In this document: positions 29,232-37,810 of the stretch, piece by piece | Layout: each line of letters begins with the position of its first letter | Position numbering within the stretch: the stretch's first letter is position 1 | Assembly (NCBI GenBank): GCA_012365435.1 | Contig: GCA_012365435.1_4518.1 | From: a phage | Strand: one strand, 5' to 3' | DNA: 64,000 nt | Made by a program: the position numbers and the translations under genes | Notes under the pieces: model-generated | Seen by the model: the letters and a program-made list of their open reading frames with translations, nothing else | Databases searched by the model: none | Told to the model about the DNA's origin: nothing

Positions 29232-29320
29232 TATTTTTCCTTTCAATTCAGTAATAAGTGAGTTAATTCTAACATTAATTTTATAAAGCGTAATAAATAA
29301 TAGGTAACTAAGGAGATATT

Positions 29321-29518
29321 ATGTTTAAACTTCCATCGTTAATCAACGCTATTAAAGGCAATAAAAAGAAAACTGCTATCGCTGCAATAGTTGTAGGTGG
29401 CATTATTTCATGGAACTTCGGGATTGCACCATTGTTAGTTGCCCATGGTATTATAGTTCCTTCTGTTCCATTGGATACTGTAGTTGATTTGGCCTTTGCT
29501 ATTATAGGGCTTGTTTAA
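29321..29518 (+). CDS. Small membrane protein (65 aa) on opposite strand
   Basis: Strong AGGAG RBS and ATG; two hydrophobic segments; stop overlaps primase gene stop on other strand. Confidence 0.4.
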   Translation: MFKLPSLINAIKGNKKKTAIAAIVVGGIISWNFGIAPLLVAHGIIVPSVPLDTVVDLAFAIIGLV

Positions 29519-30537
29519 ATCTTCGAATAACGAGATAATCTCATTTTAGCATGCAACCCACTTGAAATATTCTGTTTCATATATTCTAAAATTTCTTGTG
29601 GTGTTGCATTTTCTTTCATTACCATATCATTCACATCCTTTGAACTCCATGGAGCTCGGTCCCAGAACATGACACGTTCGCCTGCATCAACTAATCGCTT
29701 CATGCGAGCTATAGTATCCGGATGCCTAGGTTCATTATCCATTACCCATACCCGACGTTCTTTAAATGGTACCACATCCAAATCTATCGAGCCGCCTGTA
29801 ATAGCGATTGCATTGGGTATGAATAAACTATCAATAGGGCCTTCCATTACCCAGACGTCCCCTTCCTTAACACGTTCAACACCATAAATTTTTGTTGCAG
29901 ACTCAAACGCTTTAATAGTGATATATTTCTGAGGAGCATCTTTACGAAGTGCACGTCCTTGGAATGACTCGGCCTTCCCGTCTTTATTAAAAATAGGAAT
30001 CACTAAACGTGGTTCGGGAATCTCTTTCTTATACGTACCAGGTTGAATCTTGTTGACCAATTTGGGCCATTCTAATGTGAACCATAATCTGTTCCATGAT
30101 TCTTTAGGAATACACCGAGACTTAACATATTTCACAATAGGATGCTCTTCAGGCAGCTTGTCTAGACGAGAACAAGACGGCAAAGAATTTATAGTCTTTT
30201 TCTCTGGCTCTGGCTTAGCTTCAGGAACCTTTTCAATCTTTGGTTCCATTCTAGCTTTTTCTTTACGAACTTCCATTAGATATTCGCGATAAAGCTCTTC
30301 ATCATACTCTTTTAAGTATCCAGAAATTGTATTGTGGTATTGACAGTTATAGCAATGCACATTACCTGGAGTACCACCGTAATACCATCCGCGGGCTTTC
30401 ATTGCATCTGTCTGAGAGTCGCCACAAACTGGACATCGAAATGTTAATTTAAATGTGCTTGAATTATTGATTTGTCTAAAACGAGGTAGGTGAGAAAACG
30501 CACGATAAGCAAATTCATTATCTATCCATTCAGCCAT
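29515..30537 (-). CDS. 61: DNA primase gp61
   Basis: 340 aa; N-terminal zinc ribbon CPVCGDS...CYNC; matches T4 gp61 length and position. Confidence 0.85.
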   Translation of the reverse strand: MAEWIDNEFAYRAFSHLPRFRQINNSSTFKLTFRCPVCGDSQTDAMKARGWYYGGTPGNVHCYNCQYHNTISGYLKEYDEELYREYLMEVRKEKARMEPKIEKVPEAKPEPEKKTINSLPSCSRLDKLPEEHPIVKYVKSRCIPKESWNRLWFTLEWPKLVNKIQPGTYKKEIPEPRLVIPIFNKDGKAESFQGRALRKDAPQKYITIKAFESATKIYGVERVKEGDVWVMEGPIDSLFIPNAIAITGGSIDLDVVPFKERRVWVMDNEPRHPDTIARMKRLVDAGERVMFWDRAPWSSKDVNDMVMKENATPQEILEYMKQNISSGLHAKMRLSRYSKI

Positions 30538-30576
30538 AGTATTCTCCAGAGGCCTTATTAATTTAAGGCCATCATA

Positions 30577-31071
30577 TCACAACTTATTAATATTTACTTT
30601 AATTCGCTTTCTTTTCTTGGAAGGAATTTGTTCTGGACCTTTATTTACGACTGCACCTGTAGTTGTTCCTGATGCAATAGCTTGAGGGCTGCCACCTGAA
30701 TCACCAGCAACCATATCCTCGAATAAAGGGAGTTCTTTAAATATTTCTTTCTGCTGTTCTTCTGTAATGTTATAGCGGGATGCTACAGCACTCCAGGCAG
30801 ACATCATTGAGGCCATTCCATTAAGACCCGGAACAGTGCTCATCATTCGCTTCATTGAACGAACTGAAGCATGAAAAGGTGTATAAGCCGCTTTCTCTTC
30901 AGGAGTGGAAGGACGTTTAAGAACACTTCCACGTTCGTCGATGATTTTGGCTTCGTACGCTTTCCATTCGGTAAAAGGTTTTTGCATTAGTCGAATAAAC
31001 TTATATGCGTAAACAGAATCTATTGCAGTGTTAATAATACCCATAGGTACCTCCTGAGTATATTTAATCAA
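30577..31071 (-). CDS. Hypothetical protein 61.1-position (164 aa)
   Basis: ORF track. Confidence 0.5.
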   Translation of the reverse strand: MIKYTQEVPMGIINTAIDSVYAYKFIRLMQKPFTEWKAYEAKIIDERGSVLKRPSTPEEKAAYTPFHASVRSMKRMMSTVPGLNGMASMMSAWSAVASRYNITEEQQKEIFKELPLFEDMVAGDSGGSPQAIASGTTTGAVVNKGPEQIPSKKRKRIKVNINKL

Positions 31072-31261
31072 TCACAAAGATCGCTTTATCACCGTTCGCA
31101 TCTGTGACTTCATATGTAGTGTCTTCATAGTGTGGAATATTCCAAATTACACCATCATTAGCTTTTACGCTAATATTGTATTGGTGTTTTGAAACAACTT
31201 CATAATCTTCAAAACTTGTAAAAACACTAATTTTAGAACCAGTGCAAATTGCAGTAGTCAT
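31064..31261 (-). CDS. Hypothetical protein 61.2-position (65 aa)
   Basis: ORF track. Confidence 0.45.
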   Translation of the reverse strand: MTTAICTGSKISVFTSFEDYEVVSKHQYNISVKANDGVIWNIPHYEDTTYEVTDANGDKAIFVID

Positions 31262-31262
31262 T

Positions 31263-31922
31263 TTAACCTCGATTCATAAATGCATTAAATATTTGGTCAT
31301 CAACAGAAATTTCTAATTCGACTTCAATTGCTTCAACCTTTTCTTCAGGTGGTAATTCGTATCCACACACTACAATTTTTTCATCGATATCAAAATATAC
31401 AGAAGCAATACGATTAATGTTACTTTCAGTTAAGTCTAAATCAACATCAACATCTTTTTGACCTACACTTAAAGGATAACTAATACGAGTTATTTTATTA
31501 TCTTTAACAAAGAGTCCACCAACATACTCTGTACTACGTTTGAAGTTTACACGTTTCCGAATTGAAAGATATGATACATCTTTACCGTGAGCTCGGCTCA
31601 TAGGACATAATGAATAGCTAGAATAAGAGATGTCAAATCCTACACCTTCAATATGAGCCAACGTGTCATGAGTAAACCAATTATAATCATATGCCAAATC
31701 CATTAAATTATAATATGTGAAAGGCACTGGATTAACATCATATGTTGTACCTTTAAAATCTGCCCAGGCGACGATTTCGTTATCTTTAACAATTACAAAA
31801 ATTACACCAATATGATATCCGTTATTATTTTCATTCGGTGTTATATTATAACATTGTGCATTAGGAAATTTACCATATTTAAATGGCGCGTTTTTGTGCA
31901 TGTAATAAATCATATTATTCAC
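31263..31922 (-). CDS. Hypothetical protein (219 aa)
   Basis: ORF track. Confidence 0.5.
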   Translation of the reverse strand: MNNMIYYMHKNAPFKYGKFPNAQCYNITPNENNNGYHIGVIFVIVKDNEIVAWADFKGTTYDVNPVPFTYYNLMDLAYDYNWFTHDTLAHIEGVGFDISYSSYSLCPMSRAHGKDVSYLSIRKRVNFKRSTEYVGGLFVKDNKITRISYPLSVGQKDVDVDLDLTESNINRIASVYFDIDEKIVVCGYELPPEEKVEAIEVELEISVDDQIFNAFMNRG

Positions 31923-32208
31923 CTGTGATTTCGGTTACGATATCTTTGTTATCGAAATTAGGGTCACAATACAAAACATAGTTGTACTGCATGATACCAC
32001 CAGACTTAAGTTGTTCAACAACTTTATTAACCATATTAGGACGATCTCGTTTAGTGATGTTCATGATATCAGAGAAGATTTGTTGTTCAACATCTTCTTG
32101 ATTTGCAGTCATTGACCACTCACAGAGGTCTTTATCATAACCTGCCGTAACTGGAGCCGGTGCACATGATACTGCAAGTAGGATTGCTGCCAATGATAAC
32201 TTTTTCAT
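31915..32208 (-). CDS. sp: Spackle periplasmic protein Sp (superinfection exclusion / lysozyme inhibitor)
   Basis: 97 aa as T4 Sp; N-terminal signal peptide MKKLSLAAILLAVSCAPA; position after gene 61. Confidence 0.6.
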   Translation of the reverse strand: MKKLSLAAILLAVSCAPAPVTAGYDKDLCEWSMTANQEDVEQQIFSDIMNITKRDRPNMVNKVVEQLKSGGIMQYNYVLYCDPNFDNKDIVTEITGE

Positions 32209-32237
32209 TTTAACTCCTTAGTTGATTTGATAGGACT

Positions 32238-32266
32238 ACTATACTATAGTCCATCTATAATGTAAA
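32238..32266 (-). promoter_or_regulatory. Early promoter upstream of sp
   Basis: - strand GTTTACA, 17 nt, TATAGT; -10 inside palindrome ggacta...tagtcc. Confidence 0.55.
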
Positions 32267-32271
32267 CAAGT

Positions 32272-32520
32272 TTATTCTTTTTCGCGAATAATAATTACTT
32301 GTTGAGGCTGCTGAGCCGGTTTCTTTTCGGCAACGATAGACCAAATTAAAGTTCCAATCCAACCAACCATCGTCCAGTTAAAGAGTAAAGATACAAAGAA
32401 GATTGCTGTTGTGCTTTTTGTGCCACGAATAAGTGCGATTACCCAAGGCAACATGTAAATGATGATTGAACCAATACCTGCGATTAAAACTGCTACTGAA
32501 CTAGCCACGAATAATTCCAT
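32272..32520 (-). CDS. Imm-family (superinfection immunity-like) small membrane protein
   Basis: 82 aa, two TM segments, block LLFNWTMVGWIGTLIWSIV resembling the Imm_superinfect family consensus as recalled. Confidence 0.5.
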   Translation of the reverse strand: MELFVASSVAVLIAGIGSIIIYMLPWVIALIRGTKSTTAIFFVSLLFNWTMVGWIGTLIWSIVAEKKPAQQPQQVIIIREKE

Positions 32521-32581
32521 GTTAATTTCCTCTTGATTTGTTATGTTTATAGTATCTTGGTTTAACTTTGGTGTAAACCAA

Positions 32582-32950
32582 TTAATTAAATTTGTTTAAA
32601 CGTTCAATACACTGGACGTAGTTATTCGCGATTTGTTTCTGGGTAGGCTCTTTACCAGTTGTTTCAACATAGCGAATAAATGCGATTTCAGTAGCCTGTA
32701 GACAATGTTCTTTAACGCGTTGTTCTTTTGACATAGCTACAGTATCAGAGTCACGATAACGTTGAGCATGAGCATCAGCTTGAATCATTCGATTACCTAC
32801 AGTAACCGGGTCTTCCACTTCAACTTTAGGTTGGTTGTACTGTTTAACATTCGGATTGTAAATCAGTTGGCCAACGTTATTAGGGATAAAGCCATGAGCA
32901 CCACATCCGGTTAATCCAAATACCATTGCTAAAGCGATTAATTTTTTCAT
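32582..32950 (-). CDS. Putative lipoprotein (122 aa)
   Basis: Start at ATG with GAGGAA RBS gives MKKLIALAMVFGLTGC, a lipobox signal peptide. Confidence 0.55.
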   Translation of the reverse strand: MKKLIALAMVFGLTGCGAHGFIPNNVGQLIYNPNVKQYNQPKVEVEDPVTVGNRMIQADAHAQRYRDSDTVAMSKEQRVKEHCLQATEIAFIRYVETTGKEPTQKQIANNYVQCIERLNKFN

Positions 32951-32978
32951 TTCAATTTCCTCTATAGTTGATAGGTCT

Positions 32979-33007
32979 ATAGTATCACTACCATAGACCC
33001 CTGTAAA
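32979..33007 (-). promoter_or_regulatory. Early promoter upstream of lipoprotein gene
   Basis: - strand GTTTACA, 17 nt, TACTAT; flanked by inverted repeat aggtctat/atagacc. Confidence 0.55.
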
Positions 33008-33020
33008 CAATTATTTTATT

Positions 33021-33161
33021 TTATTCCTCGTCTTCATGCTCGTAAGCATGTTCTTCAGATTCACGGTCGCAGTCTAAACAAGTCGCATTATCATATGCAT
33101 CGAAAACAGCTTCGTCTTCATAGACGCTACAACCACACACTACACATTCTACTTCTTCCAT
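33021..33161 (-). CDS. Small acidic zinc-ribbon protein (46 aa)
   Basis: MEEVECVVCGC...CLDC two CxxC pairs, acidic tail; start just after dmd stop. Confidence 0.4.
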   Translation of the reverse strand: MEEVECVVCGCSVYEDEAVFDAYDNATCLDCDRESEEHAYEHEDEE

Positions 33162-33162
33162 T

Positions 33163-33366
33163 TTAGATTTCCTCTTTACGCCAATCGGATTCAAAAACTT
33201 TCTTATCATCAACAAATGCTTCAACTAAAGCTTTATTTACTTCAGCAAATTGAGAAGTGGCCCGTAGGATTTGGTCTTTATCAGACACGTCCATGGTAAC
33301 TTCTTTGGTAAACATATTCCCATTTTCAAACCAACCAATAAACAACACTTTAGCCATATTTTCCAT
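33163..33366 (-). CDS. dmd: Dmd (discriminator of mRNA degradation; antitoxin against RnlA/LsoA)
   Basis: From MENMAKVLFIGWF about 67 aa; matches T4 Dmd (VFMGWF...FTKE.TM...AEVNKALV.AF.DDKKV) as recalled. Confidence 0.7.
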   Translation of the reverse strand: MENMAKVLFIGWFENGNMFTKEVTMDVSDKDQILRATSQFAEVNKALVEAFVDDKKVFESDWRKEEI

Positions 33367-33367
33367 T

Positions 33368-33685
33368 TTAGATTTCCTCACAGAAGGCCCATTCAGCGTG
33401 ATAAACTGTAGCACCTTTAGTATCATTCATTTGAACTACGTCTACCGGAGAAATTACTCGATAGAGACGTGGTTCACCTCCATAAGAGCGTGCTGCTCGT
33501 CCTGCATAAATCTTTGCTAAACCGATATCTTCAGTAAAGAATACACGATCCAAGTTTTTCTTACGTCCAGTTTCAGACAGAACTCCTGTTTCTTCAGGAG
33601 GACAAAGCATGTTTTCGATGTTAGCTGAACTACTTGAACCGTGATAAAAAATCTTAAATTCTGCTTTACAATCGATGGTTTTCAT
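33368..33685 (-). CDS. Arr-like putative mono-ADP-ribosyltransferase (105 aa)
   Basis: FYHGSSS, RVFFTED, RLYRVISP blocks resemble FYHGT/YFSAL/YIYIVEP of the rifampin ADP-ribosyltransferase fold; inserted between dmd and 41. Confidence 0.45.
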   Translation of the reverse strand: MKTIDCKAEFKIFYHGSSSSANIENMLCPPEETGVLSETGRKKNLDRVFFTEDIGLAKIYAGRAARSYGGEPRLYRVISPVDVVQMNDTKGATVYHAEWAFCEEI

Positions 33686-33711
33686 TTTGTTCTCCAGTAG
33701 TTGATAGGTCT

Positions 33712-33739
33712 ATAATAACACAACTACTGGAGAAGTAAA
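33712..33739 (-). promoter_or_regulatory. Early promoter upstream of Arr-like gene, bracketed by 10-bp perfect inverted repeat
   Basis: - strand GTTTACT, 16 nt, TATTAT; ccagtagttg (33694-33703) and caactactgg (33721-33730) flank the -10. Confidence 0.45.
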
Positions 33740-33740
33740 C

Positions 33741-34115
33741 TTAAAAACGTAATTTAGATATATCTGCGTTGATTTCGTTTTGGTTTGCGTCGTATGCAAT
33801 TAAACGAACCGCTTTAGATGGGTCATTCAATGCATAGAAATGATGGAACATTGCTCGAACGATATCACCATTTACGAGTTCTACCTGGATAGGAGAACCT
33901 TTTTCGAGTTGGAAATGTTCATAAGCTTTGATGGTTCGTAGATAATCAAGTTTTTGATTTCCCGCTCCAACTATTTGTACGATACGTTTGCCCATGTTTT
34001 CCATACGAGATACAATAGTTTTAGGAGCAAGAATAACGTAGGTTTCCAGCGGAGAAACTACTTCAACAGTTGTGTTTTCGGTGATTGCAGTAAAAATTGC
34101 TTGAGACATATTCAT
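33741..34115 (-). CDS. Hypothetical protein (124 aa)
   Basis: ORF track; own early promoter; between dmd region and gene 41. Confidence 0.5.
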   Translation of the reverse strand: MNMSQAIFTAITENTTVEVVSPLETYVILAPKTIVSRMENMGKRIVQIVGAGNQKLDYLRTIKAYEHFQLEKGSPIQVELVNGDIVRAMFHHFYALNDPSKAVRLIAYDANQNEINADISKLRF

Positions 34116-34144
34116 AATGTTTTCCTCTTGGTTGGTGTAAGTAC

Positions 34145-34173
34145 ATCATATCATGCCTAGAGGAAGATGTAAA
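34145..34173 (-). promoter_or_regulatory. Early promoter
   Basis: - strand GGTTTACA, 17 nt, TATGAT. Confidence 0.5.
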
Positions 34174-34180
34174 CCCCGAA

Positions 34181-34198
34181 AGGAGACCGAAGTCTCCT
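34181..34198 (-). terminator. C(UUCG)G hairpin immediately after gene 41 stop (possible bidirectional terminator)
   Basis: aggagac-cgaa-gtctcct; T-run follows on + strand, UUUCGGGGUUU on - strand. Confidence 0.45.
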
Positions 34199-34203
34199 TT
34201 TTA

Positions 34204-35646
34204 TTAAAATTTTAACTCGTTGGCTAAGCTATCTAGGTCAGCACGTGTTGCTTTGGCTTTACCTACGCGTTCCGTACGATTCACCTCTGCCTGACGCATC
34301 TGAGCACCTGCGTTTTCATTTACTGTGTTAGGTGTGTTCATGCCTTCTTGCTCAATCTCAACCCATTTCTGATTGCCTTTACGTACACCCATCAAGAACT
34401 TGTTCCACTTATTCTTATCACCGTATCGTGATTTGATTTGTTTGATAAGTTGTTGTTCAGCTTGTGCAAGTTCTTCGGTTTCAATTACGGCCAACATGAA
34501 ATCTGCCGTTGCTGGTAAACCTGCTGATTCTGCGATATCACTCATGTTCATGTCTGAAGCATCCCATGCTGCACGTCCTACTTGAGCTGCAGTCCATAGA
34601 ACTGTTTCAGATTCTACTGCTAATGCACGAAGTTCTTCTGCGATAGCTTTAACTAATGTGTAGCTATTTTCAGTGTAAACTCTGATACGACAAGACCCAC
34701 AAATACCTAAGTAATCAACCATGATTACAGATGGCACAAAGTTCTTCTTAAGTTTTAACTCATTAAGCAATGCACGAAATGTATTAGCATTAGCTCCGCC
34801 AGTAGGATACTGTTTAACTACTAAACGTCCTAATGTGGATTTTGAACGCCATTTTTCCATCTTGGCTTTATATTCAGCATAAGATACGTTACCATCATCG
34901 ATATCATCGAGTGATACGTCAAGCATGTTTGCATCTATACGCTTAGCACAAACTTCTTCAGCCATTTCCATGGAAATATAAAGAACATTATGACCTGTTT
35001 GAAGATAATCTGCAGCAAGTGAACAAAGGCCTAAAGATTTACCGACGTTAACACCGGCCATTAAAACGTTTAGTGTACCGGTTTCAGCACCACCTTTAGT
35101 GATTTTATTCAAAATGTTTAATTTGAACGGGACCTTACGTGCTTTATTTAGATAAGAAAGCCAGCGTGCTTCGTAGTCTTCCATCCAGTCATGTCCAACA
35201 TAACTATCGAACGAAATTGAAAGTGCTTGACGCATAATATCAGGAATAGCTCCTACGTCAGGCATTTTCTTGTTACGTTGTTCTGGAGGTAGTTCAGCAT
35301 TAGACTGAATCTCAATGATTTTGGATGTAGCATTATACATCGCTTTTTGCTGGACATATTTCTCAGTTTCTTTAACCAACCATTCGTGGTCTTCAGGAGT
35401 GTCAGCCAATTTTTCAATTAGGTCTGAAGTTCCTTTATATTCGGCTTCAGTTAAAGAACTGTTATCTAAAGCCACCTTTAATGCATTGATAGATGGCATT
35501 GCATTATATTCGTTAACGTGGCTCTTTATAATTTTAAAGACGTTTTTTGCCGGTCCACGCTCAAAATACTCAGAATCCATATAAGGCCAGACCTTAGAAA
35601 AATAAGCCTGGTCATATACTAGATGAGACAAAATAATTTCTACCAC
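34204..35646 (-). CDS. 41: Replicative DNA helicase gp41 (DnaB-like)
   Basis: 480 aa; Walker A GVNVGKS; matches T4 gp41 length and position. Confidence 0.9.
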   Translation of the reverse strand: MVEIILSHLVYDQAYFSKVWPYMDSEYFERGPAKNVFKIIKSHVNEYNAMPSINALKVALDNSSLTEAEYKGTSDLIEKLADTPEDHEWLVKETEKYVQQKAMYNATSKIIEIQSNAELPPEQRNKKMPDVGAIPDIMRQALSISFDSYVGHDWMEDYEARWLSYLNKARKVPFKLNILNKITKGGAETGTLNVLMAGVNVGKSLGLCSLAADYLQTGHNVLYISMEMAEEVCAKRIDANMLDVSLDDIDDGNVSYAEYKAKMEKWRSKSTLGRLVVKQYPTGGANANTFRALLNELKLKKNFVPSVIMVDYLGICGSCRIRVYTENSYTLVKAIAEELRALAVESETVLWTAAQVGRAAWDASDMNMSDIAESAGLPATADFMLAVIETEELAQAEQQLIKQIKSRYGDKNKWNKFLMGVRKGNQKWVEIEQEGMNTPNTVNENAGAQMRQAEVNRTERVGKAKATRADLDSLANELKF

Positions 35647-35655
35647 GATAACTCC

Positions 35656-35997
35656 TTAAAAGAATTTAAATTTTTTCTTGGTTCGTTCATTAAAAGCTTG
35701 TTGTACTTGCATTGTAACACATTTTTCAACATGTGGCGCAAGTTCTGCTTTTCTGTCCTGGTCAAGAACTGCAAAGTCCATTACGATTTTACCATCAACC
35801 CAGTCTAGTTTTGTAATATAGACTATATGATGGGAACCGTCTTCAAGTGTAATCAGAATCTCTTGAATGACATTTTCCATTGCTGAACGGATAATTTTAA
35901 GAGATTCATTAAACACTCGTTCTTTGCGAATGTCCTCCCCTTCCGAAGAAGGGGATTCATCAACGATTTCTAGATTTAAATCATCGAGATTATTCAT
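35656..35997 (-). CDS. 40: Head vertex assembly chaperone gp40
   Basis: Start at ATG (MNNLDDLNLEIVDE) about 113 aa; overlaps uvsX stop as in T4. Confidence 0.6.
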   Translation of the reverse strand: MNNLDDLNLEIVDESPSSEGEDIRKERVFNESLKIIRSAMENVIQEILITLEDGSHHIVYITKLDWVDGKIVMDFAVLDQDRKAELAPHVEKCVTMQVQQAFNERTKKKFKFF

Positions 35998-37162
35998 CGA
36001 AATCTTCCATTTCGTCAAGGTCGTTTTCAATATCTGCTGCAGACGGAGCATCAGAAGCTTTAACAGGAACTTTAGTTGTTGCTTTGCAATTAATAAGGTC
36101 GTTAACAGCGTCATCAACTTCTTTAATAGAAGAGATAGCACCTAGTTTATATTTAGTTTCAATTGCATCTCGGAAAGGTTTGTGTTTAAACAACGGTCCC
36201 CAGAATTCTACACAATCAGTAGCTTTAGCACGCCACGATTTCTCTTCACGAATCATTTCGCCTGTTTCTTCGTCAAGGAATTCACGAGCATACCAACCGG
36301 CTTTAGGCTTAACAACAAATCCAATTTCAGTTGCCATTTCTAACAAGCCACTGAATGGGTCGATACCACCATCAAAATTAACTGTGATTGGGAAAGTAGA
36401 TTTTTCTTTAACTGTACGAGATTTTTCTGCTTTCAACGTGAAGTCATAACCGGTCAATTCTGTACCTTCTTTAACCTGACGTTTAGAGATAAAAAATACC
36501 GTGTTGGCAGAATAAAGAATACCTGTACCACCGCCCATAATCTCTTTAGGATATAGTCCGCCGATTTCCATTGCTGTATGGTTTATTGCAACACATGGAA
36601 TATCTTTAATAGTCAGATAAGGAGTCACAATGCGGAACAGAGATTTAAGTGCCTTAGCACGAGACATATCACCTACGACTTTCTCGTTCAATGCATCTTC
36701 GGTTTCTTTCTTAGATGCAGTATTACCGATTGAATCGATAAAGATAATAACTTTATCACCGCGTTCAATCGCGTCAAGCTGATTAGTCATATCAACTTTA
36801 AGTTGTTCGACGGACTGAATTGGTGTATGAACTACGCGATCCAAATCAACACCCATTGAACGAAAATAAGATTCTGAAGCACCAAATTCAGAATCATAGA
36901 ACAAACAAATTGCATCTTTATATTTCTTCATATACGCTGCAACCATAGTTAGTCCAAACAGCGTTTTAAAGTGTTTAGAAGGAGCAGCAAAAATAGTTAA
37001 GCCTGATTGCAATCCTGCATTCAGAGCACCACCTAGTGCGATATTCAACATCGGAATACGAGTAGGGACTTCATCACGATTATTAAACAGCTTAGACTTA
37101 GTCAAGTCTGCAGTCATTTTAGAAGTAGAAGCTTTAATCAGACGAGATTTTAAATCAGACAT
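35990..37162 (-). CDS. uvsX: Recombinase UvsX (RecA-like)
   Basis: 390 aa; RecA-fold motifs; acidic C-terminal tail; matches T4 UvsX length and position. Confidence 0.9.
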   Translation of the reverse strand: MSDLKSRLIKASTSKMTADLTKSKLFNNRDEVPTRIPMLNIALGGALNAGLQSGLTIFAAPSKHFKTLFGLTMVAAYMKKYKDAICLFYDSEFGASESYFRSMGVDLDRVVHTPIQSVEQLKVDMTNQLDAIERGDKVIIFIDSIGNTASKKETEDALNEKVVGDMSRAKALKSLFRIVTPYLTIKDIPCVAINHTAMEIGGLYPKEIMGGGTGILYSANTVFFISKRQVKEGTELTGYDFTLKAEKSRTVKEKSTFPITVNFDGGIDPFSGLLEMATEIGFVVKPKAGWYAREFLDEETGEMIREEKSWRAKATDCVEFWGPLFKHKPFRDAIETKYKLGAISSIKEVDDAVNDLINCKATTKVPVKASDAPSAADIENDLDEMEDFDE

Positions 37163-37260
37163 TGTATTTTTCCATAGGCATCATTATATTTTACTCATGT
37201 TTAAAAGATAAGATGATTATATACTAAGGGTTATACAGCATTTAAAACTTTAAATGGCTC

Positions 37261-37809
37261 TTAACGAGCCCATTTAATGATTTCTGTAATCAAATAATTA
37301 CGTTCGCTTGCATTAAATCCTATAACTTTGTTAGCACCATCATGATTAAGTAATTGATACGTTTGGATTTTGTTATGAATTGCAAACTCTTCAAAATATG
37401 AAATGACTGTATTAAAACCGAATGAAGACAAAGTAATAAGGTCGTCTTCAAAACTTTCAGTCATTTCGTTACGTGTTAAAATAATTGTGAACACATCATG
37501 GTTTTGGCAAAGACGAACATAATCCTGTTCATAAACATCAAGAACCGAGTCCGCATCTTGTCGAATACGTCCATAAACCCAGTTACTAATATATCCACGG
37601 TCTAACAGATAAATCTTAGTAGGGTCTAAATAATTCAACATCGTTTCGAAACAACCAACTTCATTTCGAGACTTAACATCGAAACGTCCATCAACTGTTC
37701 GTTTAGGGAAATCAATCTTTACATATCTTTCACTAATTTCCATTATGTCATTAATGAAAGTTGTTTTACCGGCATTATCCGGGCCATCTACTAAAATAAT
37801 TTTAGCCAT
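37261..37809 (-). CDS. P-loop kinase, thymidylate/cytidylate kinase-like
   Basis: 182 aa; Walker A VDGPDNAGKTT; LLDRGY resembles DRY lid motif of NMP kinases; sits in the T4 beta-gt slot. Confidence 0.55.
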   Translation of the reverse strand: MAKIILVDGPDNAGKTTFINDIMEISERYVKIDFPKRTVDGRFDVKSRNEVGCFETMLNYLDPTKIYLLDRGYISNWVYGRIRQDADSVLDVYEQDYVRLCQNHDVFTIILTRNEMTESFEDDLITLSSFGFNTVISYFEEFAIHNKIQTYQLLNHDGANKVIGFNASERNYLITEIIKWAR

Positions 37810-37810
37810 T

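Noticed and set aside
29247-29320. AT-rich stretch TTATAAAGCGTAATAAATAATAGG as a late promoter for the + strand membrane ORF
   Set aside because: It contains no exact TATAAATA and no clear -35/-10 pair, so it is not called as a promoter.
33368-33685. Calling the Arr-like ORF a rifampin-resistance gene
   Set aside because: Similarity is limited to a few short motifs of the minimal ART fold; in a lytic phage an antibiotic-resistance role is implausible, so only the fold-level call is kept.
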